DNA of 64,000 nt from an uncultured Candidatus Saccharibacteria bacterium (GCA_964552045.1 CAZKFF010000003.1:11880-75879); one strand, 5' to 3'. Counted from the first letter of the stretch, positions 39,266 through 49,742 are shown. Made by a program: numbers and translations. The notes: generated by a model not told the origin, from the sequence alone.

Positions 39266-39784
39266 TTAATTGGAAGTAAGGGGATCGACAGGTCGTGTCA
39301 TTGAGGCATTATTTTCCTTCTCTCTAAGGTCGCGGGCGGTATTGGTGATCAGCTCTTGTGCGCTTTCAAGCACTGCTTTTGCTTCAAGGAAACTGTCCCG
39401 GACAGCAAACCACTGCAATACGAATTCGCGGGCATTGACGAATTCTGTGATGCGTACGTCGATATTGTTCATCTGCTCCTTAGCTGCAGTGACGTTCTTC
39501 TTCGCCTCTTCAATGTAGAAACGCTCGTCTGTTGTGGTGACGCCGGCGAGTTCGAGCTTCACCATGCGTGACTCAAGCCGCTGCAGGATATTTTCGAATC
39601 GTGCGATGACTGACTCGGTCCGGTTCGCCATGTTTGAGGATAGATTGATCACACGGGTCTTTTCTGCTTCAGTGAGAGGGGGCACGTAGTCCGCAGTCTC
39701 CTGCGCGAACGCGAATGTCGCTGCAGATAATGCAGCTAATGCCATCATTCCTATAAGTGCTAACGATATTTTTTTGCTGTGCAT
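39266..39784 (-). CDS. Hypothetical secreted protein (signal peptide)
   Basis: N-terminal ISLALIGMMALAALSAATFAFAQE. No domain recognised. Confidence 0.5.
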   Translation of the reverse strand: MHSKKISLALIGMMALAALSAATFAFAQETADYVPPLTEAEKTRVINLSSNMANRTESVIARFENILQRLESRMVKLELAGVTTTDERFYIEEAKKNVTAAKEQMNNIDVRITEFVNAREFVLQWFAVRDSFLEAKAVLESAQELITNTARDLREKENNASMTRPVDPLTSN

Positions 39785-39881
39785 ATTTTTTAAACCGGTT
39801 AAGTGCTCCGTAAAATGTACCTATAGTATAGCCCCGTAACACGTACGTGTTACGGGGCTATACACAGTATGCATGGGCGGT

Positions 39882-40400
39882 CTACTTCTTTGATTCGTAC
39901 ATGTGCCGGCTCCGTTCGAACGCTTCCTGTGCGGAAACTGCATTGTGCCACTCCCCGACAGTCACTTCCTTTTTCTGCACTTTCTTGTACGTCTCGAAGA
40001 AGTGACTCATTTCTTTAATGAAGTGCGGATTGATATCGTCGAGATCCTTCACTGTTTCGAACCGAGGATCATCAACCGGCACGGCAACTACCTTGTCATC
40101 CCGCTCGCCGCCGTCGATCATCTCCATGATAGCCACCGGCCGTGCCTTTACGAGAATGCCTGGAGCAAGCGGATACGTGGTGAGGAGCACCACATCAAGC
40201 GCGTCGCCGTCATCAAACAGCGTCTGCGGCACGAATCCATAGTCAAACGGATAGTCCTGGGCTGTGTGCATCACACGATCAAGCGCGATAATGCCCGTTT
40301 CCTTGTCGATCTCATATTTGTTCTTAGAGAACTTGGGAATCTCGATGATAACATTCATCTCCTCTTTGCTGCCTGCAGGAATGTCGTGTAATAGGTTCAT
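39882..40400 (-). CDS. ppa: Inorganic pyrophosphatase (family I)
   Basis: IEIPKFSKNKYEID...DYGFVPQTL...DGDALDVVLL...DDKVVAV. A terminator lies at about 39828-39861. Confidence 0.9.
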   Translation of the reverse strand: MNLLHDIPAGSKEEMNVIIEIPKFSKNKYEIDKETGIIALDRVMHTAQDYPFDYGFVPQTLFDDGDALDVVLLTTYPLAPGILVKARPVAIMEMIDGGERDDKVVAVPVDDPRFETVKDLDDINPHFIKEMSHFFETYKKVQKKEVTVGEWHNAVSAQEAFERSRHMYESKK

Positions 40401-40460
40401 ATATATGTGTTAATGCGATAATGACAGAGCATATCATAGACTATGATTCTGTTAAGGCAA

Positions 40461-40487
40461 AAAGCGCGGCCCGTAGGGCCGCGCTTT
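40461..40487. terminator. Terminator after nusA (gcgcggccc-gtag-gggccgcgc); a near-identical hairpin (gcgcggccc-atcg-gggccgcgc) sits in the nusA leader at about 41897-41919
   Basis: Both hairpins read directly. T-rich tracts follow on the minus (transcribed) strand. Confidence 0.7.
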
Positions 40488-40489
40488 CC

Positions 40490-41845
40490 TTATGTATTTT
40501 TTTGATCCTCCGCTTCTTCGATGGCTTCTTCAGCTTCTTCAGGAGTATCCACAGCGCTCGATTCTCCGAGGCCGAGTGCATCACGGTCGCGTGTTTCGTC
40601 GTTAAACACCTCGAGGTCAGGCTTTTCTGTGGTGCTGTCTTCGCGTTCAAGTACGTCCTGATCCTCCGTGTCTTCGGACACCGCCTCTTCAGTTCCGCCG
40701 ACCGAGACGATATCAATCTTCCAACCGGTAAGCTTTGCGGCAAGGCGGACATTCTGCCCTCCGCGGCCGATGGCAAGCGACTGCTGATCGGGTGCGACTT
40801 CCACACGCGCGTGTCCGCGTGCGTCGTCTGCGCCTTCTTTGTCGCCCGGTTCGGCCTCAATGACGACATTGAGCACCTGTGCAGGCGATAGTGCGTCTTC
40901 AATGAACGTCACCGGATCCTCAGACCACTCGATGATATCGATCTTTTCGCCGCCGAGCTCGCTCATGACCGTTGAGACGCGCACTCCGCGCTGTCCGACG
41001 AGCGATCCGACCGGATCAATATGCTCGTCATGGGCGAACACCGCGATCTTTGAACGCGCTCCCGCTTCACGAGCGACCGCTTTTATTTCTACTGCGCCGT
41101 TCTGCAGCTCGGGAGTCTCAAGCGTGAAGAGACTCCTCAGGAATTCCGGATGCGAACGCGAGAGCTTGAGGAATATCCCCCGTGGTGTTTCGTCGACGGT
41201 AATAAGCGACGCACGGATGCGTTCTCCCGGTTTGAACCGCTCGCCGGGGATCTGCTCATCATAGGGCATCACACCGGTGACGCGGCCGAGATCGACATAG
41301 AGATTGCCGCGCTCAAAGCGCTGCACATGTCCGATGACAATATCGCCCTCCTTCTGCCCGAATTCTGCAAGCGCCGATTCCTTCTCAGCTTCGCGGATCT
41401 TCTGAATGATGACCTGCTTGGCGGTCTGTGCAGCGATGCGTCCGAAATCGTCCTTGCTTTCAAGCGGGAATACGAGCTCGTCGCCGAGCTGCACGTCCTT
41501 CTTTATGAGGCGGGCGCTTTCGATCATGATGTGCTTTTCCGGATCGAACCGCACTTTCCGCTCCCCGTCAGCAACCGGGATCTCGTCCTCGGTCTCGGTG
41601 CCCTCATCTTCCTCGTCCTCTGCCTTGAGCATGGATTCATCGACGACGATCTTGATCTGGTCGAATGTCGTCGTTCCGGTTGACAGGTCAAATGCCGCAC
41701 GGACGATCTGTCCGCGCTTTCCGTACTCTTTCTTGTATGCGGTCGCAAGCGCCTGTTCGATAGCGTCCATCATCTTCTCGCGTGAGATGCCGCGCTCTTC
41801 TTCCATTTCGCTCAGAACCGAGTTGATCACTTTTAGGTCAAACAT
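40490..41845 (-). CDS. nusA: Transcription termination/antitermination factor NusA
   Basis: N-terminal RNAP-binding domain, S1 domain and two KH domains (GQRGVRV...; IGRGGQNVRLAAKLTGWKIDI), plus an acidic C-terminal tail. Confidence 0.9.
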   Translation of the reverse strand: MFDLKVINSVLSEMEEERGISREKMMDAIEQALATAYKKEYGKRGQIVRAAFDLSTGTTTFDQIKIVVDESMLKAEDEEDEGTETEDEIPVADGERKVRFDPEKHIMIESARLIKKDVQLGDELVFPLESKDDFGRIAAQTAKQVIIQKIREAEKESALAEFGQKEGDIVIGHVQRFERGNLYVDLGRVTGVMPYDEQIPGERFKPGERIRASLITVDETPRGIFLKLSRSHPEFLRSLFTLETPELQNGAVEIKAVAREAGARSKIAVFAHDEHIDPVGSLVGQRGVRVSTVMSELGGEKIDIIEWSEDPVTFIEDALSPAQVLNVVIEAEPGDKEGADDARGHARVEVAPDQQSLAIGRGGQNVRLAAKLTGWKIDIVSVGGTEEAVSEDTEDQDVLEREDSTTEKPDLEVFNDETRDRDALGLGESSAVDTPEEAEEAIEEAEDQKNT

Positions 41846-42089
41846 ATGTATGTGTACGGGGGTATGCCCCCTTAAATGCTAATTGCCTTAAAAGAGAGCG
41901 CGGCCCATCGGGCCGCGCTATCAGTAAGTAGCATCACTCTACCGCCCGGCTCATTTTTTGTCAAAAGAGGACAACGTGTGCATTTCTTTTTGCATATTGA
42001 TGCGGCGTAGTGGATAACAGATCAGTGAGCGGACCATGCTCGTGAGGTATACTAAGTTTAAGAAAAATTTTCTTGGAGGTCTTTTATCT

Positions 42090-43841
42090 ATGCGAATACA
42101 GGATGAGCAACTCAAGCGATTCATAACCGACTCAGGTTTGGTACCTAAAGCCGACCTCGCAACCGCAGAGAAGATCGCGAAGGAGGAGAAACGCACGCTT
42201 GCGGAGGCGCTCATAGCCGGTGGCCACATCACCGAAGACGACATGCGTAAGGTGGAGTCGTACGTGCTCGGCATTCCGTTCGTGTCGCTGAAAGGAACGA
42301 AGATCGATTTCGATATTCTCTCCATGATCCCCGAGCCGGTTGCGCGCAACCACAATATCATCGCGTACAAGAAGAACGCTGATTCGCTTGAGGTTGCGAT
42401 GCTCGATACTGCCGATCTGCCAGCGATCGACTTCATTAAGAAGAAAGTGGGCCTTAAGATCTATCCGCGCCTGACCGATACAGAATCCATGCGCGATTCG
42501 CTCCGCCAGTACCAAAAGACGCTCAAGGACGAGTTTGGCGACATCATCATGAAAGAGACCTCCGCGCTTAAGGTCATCGCACAGGAAACAGGCGAGGAAG
42601 CGTCTGAGGCGGATCTGAAGAAAATGGCCGAAGATCTGCCGGTTGTTCGCATTGTTGATACGCTTTTGCGGCACGCGATCATCCAAGGGGCGTCTGACAT
42701 CCATATCGAGCCCATGGAGAACGAGGTTCTGGTACGGTACCGCATCGACGGCATCCTCCACGACGCGATGACGCTTCCGAAACATGCTGCTTCAACGATC
42801 GTGGCGCGCCTGAAGGTGCTTTCCAATCTCAAGCTCGACCAGAAGCGACTGCCGCAGGACGGCCGCTTCAAGATGGAGATGGACGGTCAGAAGGTGTCGT
42901 TCCGCGTGTCAGTGCTCCCGATCTTCTTTGGAGAGAAGGTGGTTATGCGCCTGTTGCGCGAGAACCGCTCGGGCTTCACGCTTGAAGGCATGGGCTTCCA
43001 TGGTATGACGCTTGAGCGCCTTCATGACGCCATGAAGCAGACCACCGGCATCATCCTCGTGACGGGACCGACCGGGTCGGGCAAGACCACAACACTCTAT
43101 ACCGTGCTTGACCTTCTTAATACGCCCGAAGTGAACATATCGACCATTGAGGATCCAATCGAGTACCAGATGCCGCGCATCAACCAGACACAGGTCAAGC
43201 CGGATATCGGGTTCACATTTGCAAACGGACTGCGCTCGCTTATGCGCCAGGATCCGGACATCATCATGATCGGGGAGATCCGTGATCAGGAGACAGCGAA
43301 CCTCGCCATCAACGCGGCGCTTACCGGACACCTGGTCCTGGCTACCGTGCACACGAACTCTTCTTCAGGAACCATCGCCCGGCTCATGGACATGGGCGTA
43401 GAGTCGTTCCTCCTTGTATCCACACTCAAGGTTGCGGTCGGACAGCGTCTGGTGCGTCGTTTAACCGACAGCAAGGAGGCGTATACACTTTCGGCAAATG
43501 AAAAATCAGAACTGAGCAAGCACGCTGATCTCGACCATATCCTGAAGACCCTCAAAGAGGAGGGCGTAGTCAAAGAATCCGCAACATGGAACAATATTCC
43601 GTTCTATCACCCCAAGGCTTCGGGTGATCATGATGACGGGTACAAAGGCCGGGCCGGTATCCATGAAGTGCTGCCGATGTCCGCGACCATAAAGGAGATG
43701 GTCATGGCCAGCGCAACCGCAGACGATATTGAAGCGCAGGCCCGCAAAGAGGGTATGCTCACCATGCTTGAGGACGGCATCTATAAGGCTGCGCGGGGAT
43801 TAACGAGCATCGAGGAGGTGCTCCGCGTTATCAATGAGTAA
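42090..43841 (+). CDS. pilB: Type IV pilus assembly ATPase PilB/GspE family (start MRIQDEQL with RBS ggagg; the track ORF starts 18 codons earlier)
   Basis: N-terminal GSPII domain, Walker A GPTGSGKTTTLY, Asp box, Walker B IMIGEIRD, His box (ATVHTNSS). Confidence 0.9.
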   Translation: MRIQDEQLKRFITDSGLVPKADLATAEKIAKEEKRTLAEALIAGGHITEDDMRKVESYVLGIPFVSLKGTKIDFDILSMIPEPVARNHNIIAYKKNADSLEVAMLDTADLPAIDFIKKKVGLKIYPRLTDTESMRDSLRQYQKTLKDEFGDIIMKETSALKVIAQETGEEASEADLKKMAEDLPVVRIVDTLLRHAIIQGASDIHIEPMENEVLVRYRIDGILHDAMTLPKHAASTIVARLKVLSNLKLDQKRLPQDGRFKMEMDGQKVSFRVSVLPIFFGEKVVMRLLRENRSGFTLEGMGFHGMTLERLHDAMKQTTGIILVTGPTGSGKTTTLYTVLDLLNTPEVNISTIEDPIEYQMPRINQTQVKPDIGFTFANGLRSLMRQDPDIIMIGEIRDQETANLAINAALTGHLVLATVHTNSSSGTIARLMDMGVESFLLVSTLKVAVGQRLVRRLTDSKEAYTLSANEKSELSKHADLDHILKTLKEEGVVKESATWNNIPFYHPKASGDHDDGYKGRAGIHEVLPMSATIKEMVMASATADDIEAQARKEGMLTMLEDGIYKAARGLTSIEEVLRVINE

Positions 43842-43843
43842 TC

Positions 43844-45076
43844 ATGCCAAAGTTCACCTACACGGGAGAAACACAGACAGGAGAGAAAGTCGTCAACACC
43901 GTTGAGGCTACCGACCGCTTCGCCGTGTATGAGATAGCACGCACTGAGGGCCACACCGTCTCGTCCATCGCTGAAGGCAAGAATTTCTCAGTAAAGTTCA
44001 AGCAGCTGCTTGATGTCAACAAGATCAATTACTACCTGAGCCGGGTGAAGGAAGACGAGCTTGTGATGATGACGCGAAACCTCGGTTCAATGCTCAAAGC
44101 AGGATTGCCGCTGTCGCGGTCGCTTTCGGTCATTGAGCGGCAGAGCAAGAATCCGCGTCTCAAAGGCGTACTCATTGATATTCAGGAACGGATCAACAAG
44201 GGCGACCCCTTCAATGAAACACTCGCCGCATATCCGAAAGTGTTCGATGATCTCTATGTTGCCATGGTCCGCGCAGGGGAGGAAAGCGGCAGTCTTGCTG
44301 ATGCGTTGCACATTCTGAGCGTCCAGATGGAGCGGTCGTCGTCGCTTCGGAAGAAGATAAAGGGGGCAATGATCTATCCGACCATTGTGCTGTCGGTTAT
44401 GGTCATCATCGGTATCCTGATGATGATCTATGTCATGCCGTCGATCACCGGCACGTTCAAAAATCTCGGCGCGGACCTTCCGCCCACCACGCGTGCGCTT
44501 ATCGCTGCAAGTGACTTCATGAACGAGCATACGATCCTCGTTATCGGCAGCATGATCGCGGGCGTGGTCGGCTTCATGTATGCGCTCCGCACGCGCATTG
44601 GCCGAAGGGTCACTTCACTGGTTGTCGTCAAGTTGCCGGTCATCGGCAAGATCGCCAAAGAGGCGAACTCGGCCCGGACAGCGCGAACGCTCTCCTCGCT
44701 TCTGTCCTCGGGCGTGGATATGCTCCGGGCGATCGCCATCACGCAGGATGTGGTCCAGAACTTCTACTATAAGCGTATTCTTGCGGAGGCAGGCAAGCGG
44801 GTCGAAAAGGGTGTGGCACTGTCTGAGACGTTCATAGAGCGCAAGGACCTCTACCCGGTGTTGGTGGGCGAGATGATCGCCGTGGGCGAGGAGACGGGAC
44901 AAATATCCAATATGCTTGAAGAGCTTGCCTCCTTCTATGAAAACGAGGTCGAGCACAAGACCAAAGACCTCTCCACGATCATCGAACCGATCCTGATGGT
45001 GGTCATCGGCGGCACTGTCGGCTTCTTCGCACTTGCGATGATCGCGCCTATCTATTCGATCGCCGACAGCATATAA
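43844..45076 (+). CDS. pilC: Type IV pilus inner-membrane platform protein PilC/GspF family
   Basis: Two T2SF repeats and 3 TM segments. Confidence 0.9.
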   Translation: MPKFTYTGETQTGEKVVNTVEATDRFAVYEIARTEGHTVSSIAEGKNFSVKFKQLLDVNKINYYLSRVKEDELVMMTRNLGSMLKAGLPLSRSLSVIERQSKNPRLKGVLIDIQERINKGDPFNETLAAYPKVFDDLYVAMVRAGEESGSLADALHILSVQMERSSSLRKKIKGAMIYPTIVLSVMVIIGILMMIYVMPSITGTFKNLGADLPPTTRALIAASDFMNEHTILVIGSMIAGVVGFMYALRTRIGRRVTSLVVVKLPVIGKIAKEANSARTARTLSSLLSSGVDMLRAIAITQDVVQNFYYKRILAEAGKRVEKGVALSETFIERKDLYPVLVGEMIAVGEETGQISNMLEELASFYENEVEHKTKDLSTIIEPILMVVIGGTVGFFALAMIAPIYSIADSI

Positions 45077-45079
45077 TCC

Positions 45080-46837
45080 ATGCGTCAGTTTTTTAATTAC
45101 AACAAAAGCGGCATGAGCCTCATTGAGCTTTTGATCGTTATCGGTCTTGTGACGCTCGTCTTTGGCTCTCTGCTCGGTACGTTCCAGTTCATGGTCGCGC
45201 TTATAGGCTCCTCAAAGGCACAGGCAGGAGCAATTGCGCTTGCGAATGAAAAAGTGGAGTACATCCGTTCGCTTGGGTATGACGATGTTGGAACCATAGG
45301 CGGCATTCCCGAGGGAGTGATCCCGCAGTACAGCACGACAACGCTCAATGGCGTCGAATTCCACGAGCGCGTGTTCATCCAGTATATCGATGCGCCGCAG
45401 GACGGGGAGGGTGGAGATGATGAGAACGGCATCCTTGCGGACTACAAGCAGGTGAAGGTTGAATACAGCTGGGATTTCAACGGAGAGACGAAGACCATAT
45501 CGCTCATTTCCAATATCGTGCCGGAGGGGATCGAAACAACCGCCGGCGGCGGCACGCTCACGGTCAATGTGTTCGATGCCGGAGTACAGCCGGTGTCTGG
45601 CGCATCGGTGCGCGTATACAACAATACGGGCACCAGTACCATCGATGTGACCCGCAACACCAATGCCAACGGCGTCGCGATGTTCTCCGGCGCTCCGGCG
45701 CTGGCGGGCTACGAGATAACGGTGAGCAAATCCGGTTTTTCCTCCGAAGGAACCTACACTGCAAGCAGCACCAATCCTAACCCGACCACGCTCCCGGTTG
45801 CGGTGCTTGAAAGCCAGGTTTCGACAATGAACTTCCAGATAGACGAGCTGTCGGATCTTTCTGTACAGACCATCGGCGAGCCGACCACCGATACCTTTGA
45901 GGATCTGTTTGATGATGCGGTGCAGGTGGAGCACATGAACAATGTCACGGTTGCAGGAGGAGAGGCGGTCCTTGCAGGAGCTCCGGGAAGCTACAGTGCC
46001 AATGGCGAGATCGCATCGGTGGCGTTTGCTCCAGGTACCATTGATTCATGGGATACGGCGGCAGTCGCTGCGCGCACTCCTGTGAACACTTCGCTTCTGG
46101 TACATGTGTATGATGCTTCAAGCAGTACGCTGCCGGTACTTGTCTCCGATACCGATCTTCCGGGAAACAGCACGGGTTTCGCTGCAGGAGCGGTTGATCT
46201 CCGGACGCTTGACCCCGCAGCATATCCGGCGCTCTCGCTGCAGGCAGACCTTGCGACTGCGGATGCGGCGACTACGTCGGCGCTGTTGGAATGGAGTATC
46301 TCATACACTGTGTCTGCACCGGTGCTTGCGGATATCCCCTTCACGCTCACGGGAAGCAAGACCATCGGGACCAATGCCTCAGGCACGCCGATCTATAAAT
46401 ATGAGGAGTCATTTACAACCGGAGCTGCTGGCACGCAGTCCATCAGCGATCTGGAGTGGGATGTGTACGAGGTGGACATAACCGACTCAGCGTACGATGT
46501 CGCGGAAGCCTGTGAAAACATCCCGTACGCGCTTGATCCTGGAGTGGATGAGACACTTGTCCTCACGCTTGCGCCTGCTTCACCCTATTCCCTGCGTGTG
46601 CGAGTGGAGAACAGCGCAGGAGATGCGATTCCGAACGCCTCGATCACGCTTGCACGTAGCGGATTCAATGATAGCGCCGCCTCCTCTGCATGCGGAAGCG
46701 CATTCTTCAACAGCGGCGTCTCTTCTGCAAGCGACTACGCGGTTAGTATACAGGCATCGGGGTACGCCGACCAAACGATTAATAATGTCGTGATCGCAGG
46801 CAACGATGCGCTTACCATAGTAATGACAGCTCTATGA
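45080..46837 (+). CDS. Large (585 aa) type IV pilin-like protein with prepilin class III signal and carboxypeptidase-regulatory-like beta domains
   Basis: N-terminus KSG|MSLIELLIVIGLVTLVF (Gly at -1, Glu at +5). Segments such as GASVRVYNNTGTSTIDVTRNTNANGVAMF...GYEITVSKSGF. Confidence 0.65.
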   Translation: MRQFFNYNKSGMSLIELLIVIGLVTLVFGSLLGTFQFMVALIGSSKAQAGAIALANEKVEYIRSLGYDDVGTIGGIPEGVIPQYSTTTLNGVEFHERVFIQYIDAPQDGEGGDDENGILADYKQVKVEYSWDFNGETKTISLISNIVPEGIETTAGGGTLTVNVFDAGVQPVSGASVRVYNNTGTSTIDVTRNTNANGVAMFSGAPALAGYEITVSKSGFSSEGTYTASSTNPNPTTLPVAVLESQVSTMNFQIDELSDLSVQTIGEPTTDTFEDLFDDAVQVEHMNNVTVAGGEAVLAGAPGSYSANGEIASVAFAPGTIDSWDTAAVAARTPVNTSLLVHVYDASSSTLPVLVSDTDLPGNSTGFAAGAVDLRTLDPAAYPALSLQADLATADAATTSALLEWSISYTVSAPVLADIPFTLTGSKTIGTNASGTPIYKYEESFTTGAAGTQSISDLEWDVYEVDITDSAYDVAEACENIPYALDPGVDETLVLTLAPASPYSLRVRVENSAGDAIPNASITLARSGFNDSAASSACGSAFFNSGVSSASDYAVSIQASGYADQTINNVVIAGNDALTIVMTAL

Positions 46838-47451
46838 CCAGTCATTGCATACCTATGTCCAGCATACGCGCGTTTACGCTCACTGAAGCAGTGATGACCG
46901 TTGCCATATTTACGCTTGTTATGTTTGCAGTCTTCCAGAGCATCATCACGTTCTACCGGTACAATGCGTATTCCATGGCGCAGTCATACCAGGTTGCCCA
47001 GGCACGCCGGGGGATCGACCTTCTGGTCCGCGATGCACGCGAAATGACACTTGCAGACGACGGCACCTTTCCGCTTACGCGCATGGAGGAACATCTTGTC
47101 GGTTTTTACAGCGATATCGACCGGGACGACAGTGTTGAATACGTCGAGTATGAGCTTTCCACAACGACGCTTGAAAAGCGCATCTATGGGGCAACCGGCA
47201 CACCGCCGGTGTACAGCACAACTCCCGAGGAGACGCACATCATTTCACAGTTCGTGCAGAATATACCGCAGGGCACGAGCACATTCTTCTACTATGATAC
47301 GAACGGAAATCTGGCGACTGCAACCACGACGGTAACTGATATAGTATATATAGCTGTGCAGATCATCGTAAATATTGACCCGGTCCGCGATCCGGGGGAG
47401 TTCATGCTCAAAAGCAGCGCAGCGTTACGCAACCTGAAGGAGTCGCTATGA
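46834..47451 (+). CDS. Minor pilin/pseudopilin-like protein
   Basis: N-terminal RAFTLTEAVMTVAIFTLVMFAVF (prepilin methylation-site-like motif with Glu+5). Confidence 0.6.
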   Translation: MTSHCIPMSSIRAFTLTEAVMTVAIFTLVMFAVFQSIITFYRYNAYSMAQSYQVAQARRGIDLLVRDAREMTLADDGTFPLTRMEEHLVGFYSDIDRDDSVEYVEYELSTTTLEKRIYGATGTPPVYSTTPEETHIISQFVQNIPQGTSTFFYYDTNGNLATATTTVTDIVYIAVQIIVNIDPVRDPGEFMLKSSAALRNLKESL

Positions 47452-48854
47452 TGCAGCATATGCACAACAAAAGAGGATATCTGCTCGTTCTGGTCATGGT
47501 ATTCGGCGCGGTCTTTTTCACTATGTCCGTTGCGTTCGTCGGCTATCTCGTGACACAGCATCGGTCGCAGGTGTTCAGCTATAACCGCGAACGTGCGCTC
47601 GAGATCGCTGAGGCAGGACTCAACTATTACAAATGGTACCTAGCGCACAACCCGAACGACGTCACCAACGGTACCGGACTGCCCGGCCCGTATGTGGGCG
47701 TGTATGAGGATCCTGAAGACGGACCCATCGGCGAGTATTCTCTTTCAATTGCTAGCTCCACAACCTGTGGAGACATGTATGCGGTTGATATCTATTCAAC
47801 CGGCCATACCTATGAAGAGCCAGACGCGGGCCGGCAGGTGTATGCGCGCTATGCCCGACCGACCGTTGCTGAGTTCGCCTATATCCTGAATGCAAATGTG
47901 TGGGCGGGAGAGGATCGCGTCATCACCGGTCCTTACCATTCCAACGGCGGCATCCGTATGGACGGGACCAATAACTCGACGGTCAGCAGCGGACAGGAAA
48001 CATGGTCGTGTGATTCCAATTTCGGGTGCAGCCCGACCTCAGAAGAGGACGGCGTATTTACGAGCACTTCGAATTCCAATCCCGATCTGTTCTCCTTCCC
48101 GACTACGCCGATCAATTTTACCGGCATAACCATCGATCTTGCGGCTATGCAGGACAAAGCGGAGAACGCCGGAGGTGACTACTACGGCCCGTCGGGAAAA
48201 CAAGGATATCAGATCATATTCAAATCTGACGGCACGTACGACCTGCGCCGCGTCAATTCAAAAGAAAACGAACCGCACGGCTATGCGTGGGGCCGGTACA
48301 TGCATATTCTCAAGGGCAGCACATTCCTGGGCAATTATCCTATTCCGGAAGAATGCCCGGTCATTTATGTCGAGGATCAGGTGTGGGTCGAAGGGGAGGT
48401 CAACGGGAAAGTGACTATCGCAGCGGCAGACGTCGATACCACCGGCGTTGATCCATCAATTATCCTCAACGATAACATCACCTATGCCAACGATGAGTCG
48501 GGACTGCTTGCTGTTGCGGAATATGACGTGCTCATACCGCTCGTGGTTCCCGATGATATGACGCTTAACGGCATTTTCATAGCGCAAAACGGACACTTTG
48601 GAAGGAACCACTACGATACGACCATGCCCAATGCGTGGGAGGAATACATCAAGCGCAATTCGCTTACGCTCAACGGCACGATCGTCTCCAACGGACGCGA
48701 AGGTACCAAATGGGTCTCAGGCGGCGGCACGTATCTTTCCGGGTTCAATTACCGTTACAATTCCTACGACCGGGACCTTGTTGCCGATCCGCCGCCGTTA
48801 ACCCCCGAGGTCTCGGACACCTTCGAATTCATCGAATGGAGAGAAGTGAACTAG
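47448..48854 (+). CDS. Hypothetical N-terminally anchored pilus-associated protein (PilX-like?)
   Basis: Hydrophobic N-terminus RGYLLVLVMVFGAVFFTMSVAFVGY. Translationally coupled to the upstream pilin genes. Two hairpins follow (48842-48867 and 48896-48929). Confidence 0.45.
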   Translation: MMQHMHNKRGYLLVLVMVFGAVFFTMSVAFVGYLVTQHRSQVFSYNRERALEIAEAGLNYYKWYLAHNPNDVTNGTGLPGPYVGVYEDPEDGPIGEYSLSIASSTTCGDMYAVDIYSTGHTYEEPDAGRQVYARYARPTVAEFAYILNANVWAGEDRVITGPYHSNGGIRMDGTNNSTVSSGQETWSCDSNFGCSPTSEEDGVFTSTSNSNPDLFSFPTTPINFTGITIDLAAMQDKAENAGGDYYGPSGKQGYQIIFKSDGTYDLRRVNSKENEPHGYAWGRYMHILKGSTFLGNYPIPEECPVIYVEDQVWVEGEVNGKVTIAAADVDTTGVDPSIILNDNITYANDESGLLAVAEYDVLIPLVVPDDMTLNGIFIAQNGHFGRNHYDTTMPNAWEEYIKRNSLTLNGTIVSNGREGTKWVSGGGTYLSGFNYRYNSYDRDLVADPPPLTPEVSDTFEFIEWREVN

Positions 48855-48929
48855 TGTTCACTTCTCTCCATTCCGCACAGCAGCAGCCGATCTGAGGAAG
48901 AAAGAGCGGCCAGTGGCCGCTCTTTCTTC

Positions 48930-49742
48930 ATGGTACAATCGAAAATAATGAAATCAGTACGCATCGGAAAGAAACAGACGCCCCTGGTGGTGGGCAATTG
49001 GAAGATGAACCCGGCTACACTGCAGAAAGCAGTCGACCTTGCGGCCGCTATTGCAAAAACAATCCCCAAGAAGCGGACCAAGACAGACGTTGCCCTCGCT
49101 GTGCCGTTCCCGTTCTTGTCTGCCGTGGAAAAGAAACTGACCAAAACGAGGATGCGCCTCGCTGCCCAGGATGTGAGCTTCGAAGATCAGGGGGCGCACA
49201 CTGGAGAGGTCTCACTAGCCATGCTCCGCAGTGTCGGTGTCGAACTCTGTGTAATCGGTCATTCCGAGCGGCGGGCACAGGGGGAGACCGATGAAACAGT
49301 CGCGCGAAAAACGGGACAGGCGCTCAAAAGCCGCAGCAGCGCCATTGTATGCGTCGGAGAGCGGTCACGCGACAAAGAAGGAGAGTATTTCACCGTTGTG
49401 GAGTTGCAGCTGCGGTCGGTGCTGAAAGGACTGAAACTGTCCTGGCTTTCACGCCTGGTGATTGCATATGAGCCGGTATGGGCTATCGGCACCGGGAAGC
49501 ATGCGAGTGCGGATGATGTTCAGGAAATGAAGCTTTTCATACAGAAGGTCATCGCAGACGTCCACGGACGGAGCGCAGTCGGGAAAGTGCGCATACTGTA
49601 CGGAGGGTCGGTCACCAAGGACAATGCTTCAGCATTGCTCACACAAGGACATGCAGACGGTTTCCTCGTCGGAGGCGCAAGCCTGAAGGCACCTGAATTC
49701 TGTGAGATTATACGCATAGCTGACGCATATGGCACAGCATAA
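48930..49742 (+). CDS. tpiA: Triosephosphate isomerase
   Basis: VVGNWKMN...VIGHSERR...AYEPVWAIGTG...GGS. Confidence 0.9.
   Translation: MVQSKIMKSVRIGKKQTPLVVGNWKMNPATLQKAVDLAAAIAKTIPKKRTKTDVALAVPFPFLSAVEKKLTKTRMRLAAQDVSFEDQGAHTGEVSLAMLRSVGVELCVIGHSERRAQGETDETVARKTGQALKSRSSAIVCVGERSRDKEGEYFTVVELQLRSVLKGLKLSWLSRLVIAYEPVWAIGTGKHASADDVQEMKLFIQKVIADVHGRSAVGKVRILYGGSVTKDNASALLTQGHADGFLVGGASLKAPEFCEIIRIADAYGTA

Noticed and set aside
42132-42785. 217-aa minus-strand ORF inside pilB; also 45212-45934 inside the pilin-like gene and 40441-40902 antisense to nusA
   Set aside because: Antisense to strongly supported genes. Attributed to GC-rich codon bias.
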